From: an uncultured Verrucomicrobiae bacterium | Lineage (GTDB): Bacteria; Verrucomicrobiota; Verrucomicrobiia; Chthoniobacterales; UBA10450 | Assembly: GCA_963735805.1 (NCBI GenBank) | Contig: CAVTMK010000001.1 | Coordinates: 32,001 to 96,000, forward strand | Length of the DNA: 64,000 nucleotides | Reading direction: 5' to 3' | Shown: piece by piece, positions 27,935-37,709 of the stretch | Numbering within the stretch: position 1 is the stretch's first letter | Layout of the letters: each line of letters begins with the position of its first letter | Position numbers and translations under genes: made by a program | Notes under the pieces: model-generated | Databases searched by the model: none | The model's input: only the letters and a program-made list of their open reading frames with translations | Told to the model about the DNA's origin: nothing

Positions 27935-29269
27935 ATGAAAACATTCAATCGAATTCAACGATCCCGAAAACTTTCGGCCTCGATCATTGCCATATCCCTC
28001 GCCTGGGTTGGGCTTTTGCCAAACACGGAAGCCGTTAGCCCAGCGCCGGATGGCGGTTATCCGGGTGGGAACACCGCAGAAGGTCAGAACGCCCTCCTCA
28101 GTCTCACTACCGGTACATACAACACCGCGGTCGGCTTATTTTCGCTCCTGAGCAACACAGAAGGGGGCTTCAACACTGCTGTAGGCGCCGGGACCCTTCT
28201 TGCCAACACAGCACACCAAAATACGGCAACCGGTGCCGGAACACTGTTAAGCAACACAACCGGCTTCGACAACACTGCCAACGGAGCATTCGCTTTGTTT
28301 AGCAACACTACCGGCAGTCGCAACACCGCAACTGGTGTAGATGCGCTCCTCAACAACAACGCCGACTTCAACACGGCCAACGGTGATTCTGCGCTGGCCA
28401 GCAACACCGAAGGCGAGGGCAACATAGCCATCGGTGGCACTGCCCTCAATAGCAACACGATGGGTGACTTCAACACGGCTACCGGTTATCGAACACTCCT
28501 TCACAACACCAGCGGCTCCTTTAACACCGCCAACGGTAAAGACGCACTCTTCAGCAACACCAGTGGCATCAACAACACAGCCACCGGCCTTGGCGCGCTA
28601 CTTACCAACACTACTGGTGGCAACAACACAGCCAACGGAGTTAATGCGCTTCATGATAACACAGAAGGCGACAACAATACCGCTTTGGGTCTTGGAGCCG
28701 GGTTCAACACCACGGGCAGCGGCAATGTCTGTATCGGCGCGGGCGTTATTGGCGTTGCCGGCGAGAGCAACATCACTCGTATCCGCAATGTGTATGAGTC
28801 GGTAGCAACTGAGCGCGCGGTTTTTGTGACTTCAGACAACAGGATCGGCACTTTATCTTCTTCGCGCCGCTACAAGGAGAGAATCAAGCCCATGGAGAAT
28901 GCTAGCGCGGCGCTCCACTCGCTCAACCCGGTCAGCTTTCGCTACAAGAAGGAAGTCGATCCGGCGCAGGCTCTCTGCTTCGGCCTGATTGCTGAGGAAG
29001 TGGCCGACGTTAATCCAAATCTTGTGACGCTGGACAGCGAAGGGAAACCACAAACGGTACGCTACGAAGCTGTCAACGCGATGTTGCTCAATGAGTTCCT
29101 GAAAGAACATTGCAAGGTACAAGAACAACAAAACGCAATCGTAGAATTGAAGAACGAAGTCAAAGAGCTTGCGACGACCGTGAAAAGGCAGGCAGTACTA
29201 ATCCAGAAAGTGAATGAGCGGCTCGAATCGAGCAAAGCCGTCGTGCGAATCCTTGCTGACAGTCAATAG
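27935..29269 (+). CDS. Secreted beta-helix repeat protein with Peptidase_S74 (intramolecular chaperone) domain
   Basis: Signal peptide, NTAxGxxALxxNTTG repeats, SSRRYKERI, FGLIAEEV, C-terminal coiled coil. Confidence 0.85.
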   Translation: MKTFNRIQRSRKLSASIIAISLAWVGLLPNTEAVSPAPDGGYPGGNTAEGQNALLSLTTGTYNTAVGLFSLLSNTEGGFNTAVGAGTLLANTAHQNTATGAGTLLSNTTGFDNTANGAFALFSNTTGSRNTATGVDALLNNNADFNTANGDSALASNTEGEGNIAIGGTALNSNTMGDFNTATGYRTLLHNTSGSFNTANGKDALFSNTSGINNTATGLGALLTNTTGGNNTANGVNALHDNTEGDNNTALGLGAGFNTTGSGNVCIGAGVIGVAGESNITRIRNVYESVATERAVFVTSDNRIGTLSSSRRYKERIKPMENASAALHSLNPVSFRYKKEVDPAQALCFGLIAEEVADVNPNLVTLDSEGKPQTVRYEAVNAMLLNEFLKEHCKVQEQQNAIVELKNEVKELATTVKRQAVLIQKVNERLESSKAVVRILADSQ

Positions 29270-29376
29270 GTGGTAGCCAGGAGGGCTGAACCCGGCTGCA
29301 GTCGACGACCGCAACTACGACCAGATTATTTTCTATCCGTGACATCCGTCTAATCCGCGGTTTCTTCTGTTAAGGC

Positions 29377-30414
29377 ATGCTTGAAAAATCCATCGAACAA
29401 CGAATCGAACGACTGCAGGCAGCGGGCGTTATCGACATGCATTTCGATTTACCGATGGATCTGTACGAAAAGCGCAAGCACAAGAAGATCCTTGAGACGG
29501 AATTCTTACCGGAACTCGAAGCCGGTAACGTCAGTGTAGTCGCTGCCGCAATTTACATTGAGGACCGTTATCTACCGGAGATGGGATTGCGCGTAGCTCT
29601 CGATCAAATCGCACGCCTTTATGCCGAGACACAGGCATGTCCGCGGTTCGCTATCTGTAAAAGCTATCGTGAAATCGAGCAGGCGCGTGCGGAGGGCAAA
29701 ATCGCTTTTCTCATTACGTTGGAGGGAGCTGAGCCGCTCGGGACGGATCTGGATTTACTGCGTGTGTTTTACGAACTAGGCGTGCGAGCGATTGGGCTCA
29801 CGCATGCGCGAAGCAATGCGGCAGGTCATGGTGGAATTTTTGCTCCAAGCGGTTCATCACAGGAAGGTCTAAGCGCATTTGGTCGTGATTTGGTACGAGA
29901 ATGCGAGGCGCTCGGCGTGATTATCGATCTTGCTCACATTAATCCAGCCGGCTTCAACGACATTTTGTCGATTGCAACAAAGCCATCGATTGTTTCGCAT
30001 ACAAATGTCCGTCGCTACTACGACATCGAGCGCAACATCAGCGACGAGCAGATCAAAGTGATCGGCGAGCGGAGGGGTGTAATCGGAATCAATTCCGTGC
30101 TCGTGAGTTCAAAGAAAAAGGAGAGCACTCTGGATCGTTACGTTGATCACATCGAACATGTCGCCAATTTGATTGGCATCGATGGAGTCGCAATCGGCTT
30201 TGATTTCTTTGAGTTCATTTACAGCCAGTGGCCGGAGTCGGCGAAAAAGGATCTGGCCGAAAAGCTCTCAACACCGCACTTCATTCCCGAGCTGAGGAAC
30301 CATTCGCACGCCGCCAATCTCACTCGGAAATTGATCGCGCGCGGCTTCAATGACGAGCAGATCGAAAAGGTTCTGCGTGGAAACTGGCTGCGGATTTTTA
30401 AAGAGTGCCTGTAG
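29377..30414 (+). CDS. Membrane dipeptidase family (M19) amidohydrolase
   Basis: IDMHFD, LEGAEP, GLTH, IDLAH, VSHT, GFDF, KVLRGNWLR. Confidence 0.9.
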   Translation: MLEKSIEQRIERLQAAGVIDMHFDLPMDLYEKRKHKKILETEFLPELEAGNVSVVAAAIYIEDRYLPEMGLRVALDQIARLYAETQACPRFAICKSYREIEQARAEGKIAFLITLEGAEPLGTDLDLLRVFYELGVRAIGLTHARSNAAGHGGIFAPSGSSQEGLSAFGRDLVRECEALGVIIDLAHINPAGFNDILSIATKPSIVSHTNVRRYYDIERNISDEQIKVIGERRGVIGINSVLVSSKKKESTLDRYVDHIEHVANLIGIDGVAIGFDFFEFIYSQWPESAKKDLAEKLSTPHFIPELRNHSHAANLTRKLIARGFNDEQIEKVLRGNWLRIFKECL

Positions 30415-30632
30415 CCGCCCGATGCGCGCAACCGTGCGTAACTCGCCACTACGAATTTTGCTTGTCACATAAACAATTTTTGACCACCCTCAAAAATTGT
30501 GAGGGCCTCCTCCACTACGCTCTCCTCGCGACAGCATTTTGTAATTATTGCTGGCGACAGCACGGCCGCCAGAGAAGTAATCGCTGCGATTATTCACCGG
30601 GACCCGGCCCAAATTAACAGGAGATTGAAACC

Positions 30633-32282
30633 ATGACGCGACTGACACACGCAAGCTTAGCTTTACTGATTGCAGGTTGGGTGTGTGGACTGACGGCAAG
30701 CTCATCTTTCGTAACGACTGCAAGTGCACAGAGTCAAAACAACGCAAAGCAAAAGAAAGAAGAGTCAACCCGGGACGCACCACCGGACATCACTCCGTAC
30801 AGGCGTCCGGCGCTTCCTGGGGATTACGCGCCAAAGGGTGTAAGACCCATCCCACTCCTACCCGGGGTTTTTATAGTGGACACCGTTGTAAACAACACCG
30901 ATCCCAACCTGACGAACACCGATACATTTAACGACGGCGAAACATCCATAACAGTAAATCCGGCGAATCCAAACGAGATCGTCGTTACGGCGTTTTCAGG
31001 GAGCTGGGGAGCGAATGCACCGCTATGGCATTCCACCGACGGAGGAAATATCTGGACCAAGCGATTTACGATCCCTGCGCCGCCCGGTATAGCGGCAGGT
31101 GGTTGTCCCTGCGATCAGACCGTCGATTACGGAACGGCCAATCAAATGTCCGGCACGTTTCTTATCAGCGACATCTTTAGCGGGATAACTACCAACCCGG
31201 CGAGCGCCCCGGCGTGGAACTGGCTTGTTATAGGTGGCGTCACACAGACTACGAATTTCAATAACCTACCTCCACCGGCCGGGGTAGACCAACCCTGGCT
31301 CCTGGTAAATGTGGACCCAATGATACCTACGCAGGACAACGTGTACGACGCCTACGACGACTTTACTAACGGAAATAACTGCGTCGGAGACGCCTGCAAC
31401 GAACGAGTATCTGTCTCCTACGGAGCTAATCCACCTAACTTCACAGTGGATAATCAATCCGGAACAGCCACGGGCAGCATTAACCCGGGGCACCGGCTTG
31501 CCACCGACCCACGAAGCGGTTTCGTCTACAGCTTGTTTCAGCGGAATATCGCTCCAGGAGCTGGCGGATCGAAGAACATCGACTACATGCTTAACCGCTC
31601 CACGGACGGAGGAGCCACTTGGACTCTAAACGGGATGGGCGGTGGTATCATCGTGGCCAATGGCGATAGTACACAGCCAACTCCCAAGTTCGGTACCGTA
31701 AACGCTCTGCTCGGCGGGGTCGATCACGCCGGGGTAGATCCAAATAACGGCGATGTCTATTACGTTTACGGCAATCGTGATGCGGGCACGGGTAACGATC
31801 GTCTCGCTATTCGCCGAATTCAGGAGGACGTAGGGGGTGGCGTGACCGTTGGACCGGAAAACTTTGTGATAGGTCAGGTAGAGGCAGCCATTCCGTCGGT
31901 CGCAGTGACCAGCGACGGGACAGTTGGCGTTTTCTACTACACCTTTGACGGAATGTCGCCGGATAACTTCCCAATCTTTTCGGCCCATCTGGCTCAGAGC
32001 ACTGACCAGGGTGTTACTTTCAGCGATCAGATCCTGCTAACTTTCCTGTCTTCTGCCATGGACAACGGCAACTCCAGGCAGCGAGTGCTTGGAGACTATA
32101 TGCAGATGAAAGCGGTCGATAATTGCTTCTATGGAGCCTTCACTGCAAACGGTGTCTCTTTTGGCCGGCCTTTCGCTAATCACGACCCAATCTTCTTTAA
32201 AGCCTGCGTAACTACCCCGAGATCTACTCCCACACCAAGACCCCGCCCGACGCCCGCGCCGCGTCCGACGCCGCCACATTAA
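30633..32282 (+). CDS. Secreted BNR/Asp-box (sialidase-like) protein with Pro/Arg/Thr tail
   Basis: Asp boxes STDGGNIW, STDGGATW and STDQGVTF; LGDY near the C-terminus; AGGAG RBS. Confidence 0.75.
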   Translation: MTRLTHASLALLIAGWVCGLTASSSFVTTASAQSQNNAKQKKEESTRDAPPDITPYRRPALPGDYAPKGVRPIPLLPGVFIVDTVVNNTDPNLTNTDTFNDGETSITVNPANPNEIVVTAFSGSWGANAPLWHSTDGGNIWTKRFTIPAPPGIAAGGCPCDQTVDYGTANQMSGTFLISDIFSGITTNPASAPAWNWLVIGGVTQTTNFNNLPPPAGVDQPWLLVNVDPMIPTQDNVYDAYDDFTNGNNCVGDACNERVSVSYGANPPNFTVDNQSGTATGSINPGHRLATDPRSGFVYSLFQRNIAPGAGGSKNIDYMLNRSTDGGATWTLNGMGGGIIVANGDSTQPTPKFGTVNALLGGVDHAGVDPNNGDVYYVYGNRDAGTGNDRLAIRRIQEDVGGGVTVGPENFVIGQVEAAIPSVAVTSDGTVGVFYYTFDGMSPDNFPIFSAHLAQSTDQGVTFSDQILLTFLSSAMDNGNSRQRVLGDYMQMKAVDNCFYGAFTANGVSFGRPFANHDPIFFKACVTTPRSTPTPRPRPTPAPRPTPPH

Positions 32283-32430
32283 GAGGCTAACCCCTAGAGG
32301 CTGGAAAAGTTTCCTTTCCGTGGCGACAGGACGAAGGAAGCCTTAGACCCGCGTTTCCACGACCAGGACTGGGCAAGAAACCTGTGCGGGAACTGCGGCG
32401 AAATTTCGCATTCACGCCCGAGGTCGCATT

Positions 32431-32787
32431 CTATCGACCTGGAACAGAAATCGTGTAAGTGATCAACGCACAGACCACCACCATCCCAATCATGGCGATG
32501 ATAAATATTACGTCTGCGATTTTTTCAAGACGGTGCATCCTGCGGAGGCCCCGCGAACGTAGCGCCCAGTAAGAAAGTAAACAAGAAATCAGAAACAACA
32601 GCGCGTCGGCGGCCAGGAAATCGTCTGCCAGTGTGTCCGCGGTTCCGAGGGTGATAACAACGCGGATCAATCCAATAACGGTCAGGCAAACGCCGACCAT
32701 CGCCGAAGAGACCGTAAAGATGTGGATGCAAATGTCCTGCTCGAGGTGGCTGTTTGCCCTGGGTTCCCGCTCGGTTTCTCCTTTCAT
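32431..32787 (-). CDS. Small membrane protein (3 TM)
   Basis: HIFTVSSAMVGVCLTVIGL and two further hydrophobic helices. Confidence 0.75.
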   Translation of the reverse strand: MKGETEREPRANSHLEQDICIHIFTVSSAMVGVCLTVIGLIRVVITLGTADTLADDFLAADALLFLISCLLSYWALRSRGLRRMHRLEKIADVIFIIAMIGMVVVCALITYTISVPGR

Positions 32788-32879
32788 GCGATCATGACTT
32801 AGACTGGTCGCGAAAGCGACTGTTCAGAGAATTGCGCGCCTGATAGAAGAATTGAAAGGGGCACTAACGAAAACTCCAT

Positions 32880-34265
32880 TTGAAATTCATTAACTTGACG
32901 CGCCGCACCGAGATTGGTGCGAATTCATATTTCCTCGAGATTGGCAGCCATCGACTGGTGCTGGATTGCGGAATGCATCCCAAGGACACCGGTGAAGAAG
33001 CGCTGCCAAACTTCAAAGCGATTGCTGATCGGGAGATCGAAGCGATCCTGATATCTCACGCCCATCAGGATCACATCGGCACATTGCCCGTACTGATGCG
33101 CCGCCTTCCAAGCGCGCGCGTTTTTATGACCGAGGCGACGGCTGAGATTGGCAATGTGCTGTTGCACAACTCGGTTAATGTCATGACCCGTCAACGCGAG
33201 GAAATCGGTCGCGCCGTCGCGGGGTTATATCCGCTTTTCACGCATCGGGAAACCGATCGCGCATCGGAACGCTGGCGTTGGTGTCCATTGCGCCAGCGCA
33301 TCTCCATCACCGGGGAGCGTGCGCCTCATCACGAAAAAGACGCGCTAACATTTGAATTCTTTGATGCAGGACACGTGCTGGGTTCAAGCGGAATTCTGCT
33401 GCGAGCAGAAGGTAAAACAGTCTTTTACACCGGTGACGTCAATTTCGACGATCAAACGATTATGGAAGCAGCGGTCTTTCCTGAAGCGGACATAGACGTA
33501 TTGATCATGGAATGCACACGAGGCGATCACCCGAAACCCGCTGGCTGGACACGCACCGGTGAAGAGCGACGCCTGGCAGAAGCAATCGCCTCTGCTTTTG
33601 AGCATGATTCGTGTGTCCTCATACCGGTGTTCGCACTCGGAAAGACTCAAGAGATCCTGGCAATGCTTTACAAATTCCGTCGCGAAAGACTTTTGCCTGA
33701 CTTTCCAATTTATATTGGCGGTCTCAGCTCGAAGATGACCGATATTTACGACCGCCGCGCGCACGTGAGTCGCCGTCAATTGTCGCGCCTGCAGTTAATG
33801 AGAGAAGCTACACCATTCATCCTGAATGACGGAACAATACGCGACGCCCCGCTACGTCCTGGACGGATTTATGTGCTCTCCAGTGGGATGATGGTACCGA
33901 AAACACTCTCCAATGTTCTTGCGCACCGATTGATCGAGAATCCGCAGCATTCGATCTTTTTTGTTGGCTACGCCAGCCCGGAATCGCCGGCTGGTCTTCT
34001 GCGACAAGCAGGAACGAATGGCGAGGTTGCCCTCGATCCTGAGAAACCGACACAGCGTATCCGTTGCAACATCGAACAGTTTCAGTTCAGTGCGCACGCG
34101 ACACGCGAAGCGCTCATCGATTACGCCACAAGACTCTCGCCCGCCAAAATTGTTCTTGTACATGGCGATCCACCTGCGGTGGAGTGGATGCGAACGACGC
34201 TGTCGGCTAGGCTGCCCCGCTCGGAAGTGATTGTGCCAGAGCCCGGAGCGGAGCTGAATCTGTAA
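32880..34265 (+). CDS. Beta-CASP metallo-beta-lactamase fold ribonuclease
   Basis: LDCG, SHAHQDHIG, AGHVLGS, YTGD, FALGKTQE, FSAH, LVHGD. Confidence 0.92.
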   Translation: MKFINLTRRTEIGANSYFLEIGSHRLVLDCGMHPKDTGEEALPNFKAIADREIEAILISHAHQDHIGTLPVLMRRLPSARVFMTEATAEIGNVLLHNSVNVMTRQREEIGRAVAGLYPLFTHRETDRASERWRWCPLRQRISITGERAPHHEKDALTFEFFDAGHVLGSSGILLRAEGKTVFYTGDVNFDDQTIMEAAVFPEADIDVLIMECTRGDHPKPAGWTRTGEERRLAEAIASAFEHDSCVLIPVFALGKTQEILAMLYKFRRERLLPDFPIYIGGLSSKMTDIYDRRAHVSRRQLSRLQLMREATPFILNDGTIRDAPLRPGRIYVLSSGMMVPKTLSNVLAHRLIENPQHSIFFVGYASPESPAGLLRQAGTNGEVALDPEKPTQRIRCNIEQFQFSAHATREALIDYATRLSPAKIVLVHGDPPAVEWMRTTLSARLPRSEVIVPEPGAELNL

Positions 34266-34320
34266 GAAGGGTGAGATGAAAAGTGGCAAATGCAGATGAC
34301 GGTCTCACTCATCACAAAAA

Positions 34321-34434
34321 TCATTTCCTGAGACCATCCCAATCCTCAAAGATGGCGAGAGGCCTTACAATTGTGCGAACAGTCATGCAAGTTGCTTGGC
34401 GGATGAGGGGTTCTTCGCCTCGTTCAGAATGACG
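34321..34434. repeat. Degenerate REP-like palindrome, GTCAT family
   Basis: Right arm GGTTCTTCGCCTCGTTCAGAATGACG; left arm TCATTTCCTGAG. Confidence 0.6.
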
Positions 34435-34438
34435 CGCT

Positions 34439-35203
34439 ATGAAAATCGTGTCTTGGAACATTAACTCGCTACGCAAGCGTCAGGACCGCCTGTTTGCCTG
34501 GCTCGAGACGACAAAACCGACGATCGTTTGCCTGCAGGAAACAAAATGTACGGATGACCAGTTTCCAGCACTCGCCTTGCAAGCGGCCGGTTATGACGCG
34601 GCTTATCATGGAGAGAAATCGTATAACGGCGTCGCCATTTTTTCGAAAATCAAGCTGCGCGATGTGCGTCCGTCGCTCTGCGATGAAGTGATCGATCCGC
34701 AGGCGCGCGTGATTGCGGCAACCGTGGATGATCTGCGTGTTTTTTCCGTGTATGCGCCGAATGGCCAGGCGGTTGGTTCGCCCGCCTACGAATACAAACT
34801 GCAATGGTATCACCGCCTGCGAGCCTGCATCGCAAAAGAAAAATCCAACGATGTTGCAGTGTGCGGGGACTTCAATGTCGCGCCGGAAGATATCGATGTG
34901 TACGATGCCGATTTGTGGCAGGGAGCAATTATGTGTTCGGAACGCGAACGCACCGCGTTTCAGAAATTGTGTGAGACCGGCTTGCGCGACACTCTCCGAA
35001 TTCATCACAAGGAACGCGAACTTTTCAGCTGGTGGGACTACCAGATGCGCGGATTCGAAAGGAATCGCGGACTGCGCATCGACGCGATTCTAGCTAGCGA
35101 AAGACTGGCGAAGCGCTGCAGTGCGTCAGGAATTGACATCGAAATGCGCAAGGGCAAGGAACCATCAGACCATGCGCCGGTATGGGCAGAGTTTGAGATT
35201 TAG
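34439..35203 (+). CDS. xth: Exodeoxyribonuclease III
   Basis: SWNINS, LQETK, YNGVA, GDFNVAP, SWWDY, RID, SDHAPV. Confidence 0.95.
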   Translation: MKIVSWNINSLRKRQDRLFAWLETTKPTIVCLQETKCTDDQFPALALQAAGYDAAYHGEKSYNGVAIFSKIKLRDVRPSLCDEVIDPQARVIAATVDDLRVFSVYAPNGQAVGSPAYEYKLQWYHRLRACIAKEKSNDVAVCGDFNVAPEDIDVYDADLWQGAIMCSERERTAFQKLCETGLRDTLRIHHKERELFSWWDYQMRGFERNRGLRIDAILASERLAKRCSASGIDIEMRKGKEPSDHAPVWAEFEI

Positions 35204-35311
35204 TGACAAGTGATTGGTAAGAAGTCAGAAGTTGTGTATAGCGCCCCGAACAAACTTCTTCCTTCTCACCTTCCGCCTCTCACGTTCTACTAACGCGATG
35301 AGAAGTTACTA

Positions 35312-37237
35312 ATGCACCTCCGCGTTTCGAACCCGCCGGCAAGGCCTCTCATGATTTGGGATGGTGAGTGTCATTTTTGCAGGCGTTGGATCGAACGTTG
35401 GCGCGAAATCACCGCCGGCAAAGTAGATTACGCCACCTATCAGCAGGCCGGCACGCAATTCGCTGAAATTCCATTCGACCACTTTAAGCGCGCGATTGCA
35501 TTCATCGAGGCGGACGGCGAAACCTTCTTTGGCGCTGAAGCTGTGTATCGCTCATTGCGATATCGATCTTCTCGAAAATGGCTGGCGTGGAGCTATGATC
35601 ACGTGCCCGGCTTCGCACCGATTTCGGAAGCTGCTTACAAATTCATCGCTCGCCATCGAGGACTTGGATCGACTATCACTCGGTTGTTATGGGGCAACGA
35701 CGTCCGACCGCCGACGTATTTTTGGGCGCGCCGTTGGTTTCTTCGCCTGCTCGGACTCATCTATCTGATTGCTTTCGTGTCTCTATGGGTGCAGATGGAC
35801 GGCCTTGTCGGCAGCAGCGGAATATCGCCGGTTAACCGGTTTCTCCCAGCAGTCCAGCAGCAACTCGGGTCAGATGCTTATTGTCTTTTGCCGACACTTT
35901 GCTGGTTCGACTCCAGCAACGCTTTTCTGCATCTCCTGTGCGAAGGCGGCGTTGTTTTCTCGTTGCTTCTGGTGCTGGGAATCGCTCCCGCGCTTTCCCT
36001 CGTCGTACTTTTCATCTTTTACCTCTCGCTAGCCATTGCTGGGCAAGTGTTTCTCAGCTTTCAATGGGATGTTCTCCTGCTCGAGACTGGTTTTTTGTCG
36101 ATTTTTTTCGCGCCATGGCAACTATGGCCGCGAGACCTGTTGTGGTGGAAGGGCTCAGCGCCTTCGGTAACAGCTTCTCCGGTCTCTCGAGCGGGTTTGT
36201 TTCTGCTCAAGTTTCTTCTCTTTAAGTTAATGCTTATGTCCGGTGTCGTGAAGCTAACCAGCGGCGACGATTCCTGGGGTTGGCTAAATCACTCATTTCA
36301 TTGGAGCGCGCTGACAGCGCTTGATTATCATTACTGGTCGCAGCCGTTACCTACAGTTTTCGCCTGGTGGGCAGACAAGAGCCCAGAATGGTTTAAACAT
36401 TTTTCAGTCGCATTTTGCCTCGTAGTAGAAATCATCGCGCCTTTCTTTATCTGGGCGCCAGGACGCCTGCGGTTAATTGCTGCAGGACTAATGATCTTTC
36501 TTCAAACTGTGATCGCACTTACCGGCAACTACTGTTTCTTCAATCTGCTGACAATCGCGTTGTGCTTGCTTTTAGTCGATGATTCTGTTGTCGCCTCGCT
36601 GTGTCGAGGCATCTCCCGAAATGGTGTTCGGAAGGCAGCAGCACAGCGTCGTTGCTACAGCCGACTGGCGCCTTACGCGGCTCTCGCTGTGCTTGCTGTC
36701 ACCTTTCCAATCAACGCGTGGCTCATTTTCAGTGCGTTCAAACCGCAAAGCCAACCACCGGGCTGGCTGGCGAAGTTTTACGGACAACTGGAACCATTTC
36801 GGATCGTGAACGGATACGGGCTCTTTCGGGTGATGACAAAGGACCGTTGTGAGATCGTCATCGAAGGCAGTCGCGACGGCGTTGAATGGACGCCCTATGA
36901 ATTCAAATGGAAACCAGGTGACGTAAAAAGGGCGCCTGGCTGGTGTGCACCGCATCAACCAAGACTTGATTGGCAGATGTGGTTTGCCGCCTTGGAAACG
37001 CCAGAGCAAAATCCGTGGTTCATCGGGCTAATTGTCAGACTCCTCGAGGGATCGAGAGATGTGACCGGATTGCTCGCGCATGACCCATTCCCGGATAAAC
37101 CGCCCCACTTCATCCGCGCAATGTTTTATCGCTATCGTTTCACGACTAGTGAAGAACGTGGTCAAACTGGCGCTTGGTGGAAACGCCAGGAACTTCGGGA
37201 ATATTTACCGACGATCTCGGCAGACCAGTTGCATTAG
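35312..37237 (+). CDS. DCC1-like thiol-disulfide domain fused to lipase maturation factor (LMF) domain
   Basis: N-terminal DGECHFC; LMF motifs FQWDVLLLETG, HYWSQPLP, GNYCFFN and PHQPRLDWQMWFAAL. Confidence 0.9.
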   Translation: MHLRVSNPPARPLMIWDGECHFCRRWIERWREITAGKVDYATYQQAGTQFAEIPFDHFKRAIAFIEADGETFFGAEAVYRSLRYRSSRKWLAWSYDHVPGFAPISEAAYKFIARHRGLGSTITRLLWGNDVRPPTYFWARRWFLRLLGLIYLIAFVSLWVQMDGLVGSSGISPVNRFLPAVQQQLGSDAYCLLPTLCWFDSSNAFLHLLCEGGVVFSLLLVLGIAPALSLVVLFIFYLSLAIAGQVFLSFQWDVLLLETGFLSIFFAPWQLWPRDLLWWKGSAPSVTASPVSRAGLFLLKFLLFKLMLMSGVVKLTSGDDSWGWLNHSFHWSALTALDYHYWSQPLPTVFAWWADKSPEWFKHFSVAFCLVVEIIAPFFIWAPGRLRLIAAGLMIFLQTVIALTGNYCFFNLLTIALCLLLVDDSVVASLCRGISRNGVRKAAAQRRCYSRLAPYAALAVLAVTFPINAWLIFSAFKPQSQPPGWLAKFYGQLEPFRIVNGYGLFRVMTKDRCEIVIEGSRDGVEWTPYEFKWKPGDVKRAPGWCAPHQPRLDWQMWFAALETPEQNPWFIGLIVRLLEGSRDVTGLLAHDPFPDKPPHFIRAMFYRYRFTTSEERGQTGAWWKRQELREYLPTISADQLH

Positions 37238-37296
37238 GGACGCCAAAAGACAACGCATCTGCCGCTCTTAGAGAATTTAACTGTCTCTGAGGCGAG

Positions 37297-37324
37297 TTGA
37301 GTCATGCGCGTTCGGGAGTATAAT
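37297..37324 (+). promoter_or_regulatory. Sigma70 promoter TTGAGT-N16-TATAAT, probably leaderless infA
   Basis: TATAAT ends 7 nt before the GTG start; no Shine-Dalgarno. Confidence 0.7.
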
Positions 37325-37331
37325 TCGGCGC

Positions 37332-37550
37332 GTGTCGAAGGAAGGACAAATCGTAACGGAGGGCACGGTCACTCAGGTGTTGCCGGGCACAATGTTTCGA
37401 GTGGATCTACCCGGACAACGCAATGTGCTTGCACACATCTCGGGTAAGATGCGTAAGCATTTCATCCGGATCGTGCCGGGCGACAAAGTTTCCGTCGAAC
37501 TTTCACCCTACGATCTGACGAAGGCACGCATCATTTTTCGCGAACAATAG
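37332..37550 (+). CDS. infA: Translation initiation factor IF-1
   Basis: [30 protein letters not shown]. Confidence 0.97.
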   Translation: MSKEGQIVTEGTVTQVLPGTMFRVDLPGQRNVLAHISGKMRKHFIRIVPGDKVSVELSPYDLTKARIIFREQ

Positions 37551-37709
37551 CTGCTTTCTTCGTTCGTTGCAGTCTGCTAAAACCGCAAACTGCTTGAAGT
37601 GCGATTGATTTTCGGGGTCAACGCGCTGCTCAACTTTACTACGAGATTTGTTTGCCGAACTTGCCAAGCACGCGGATACTTCCCCCGATAAATCAACTGG
37701 AGAAAACCA

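Noticed and set aside
27935..29269. Prophage indicated by a tail-fibre domain
   Set aside because: The protein has a signal peptide, housekeeping neighbours and no other phage genes.
33209..33224. Mini-repeat insertion in the beta-CASP gene (RAVAG), and a similar one at 61446-61460 (TSGG)
   Set aside because: Too short and degenerate to support without ortholog alignments.
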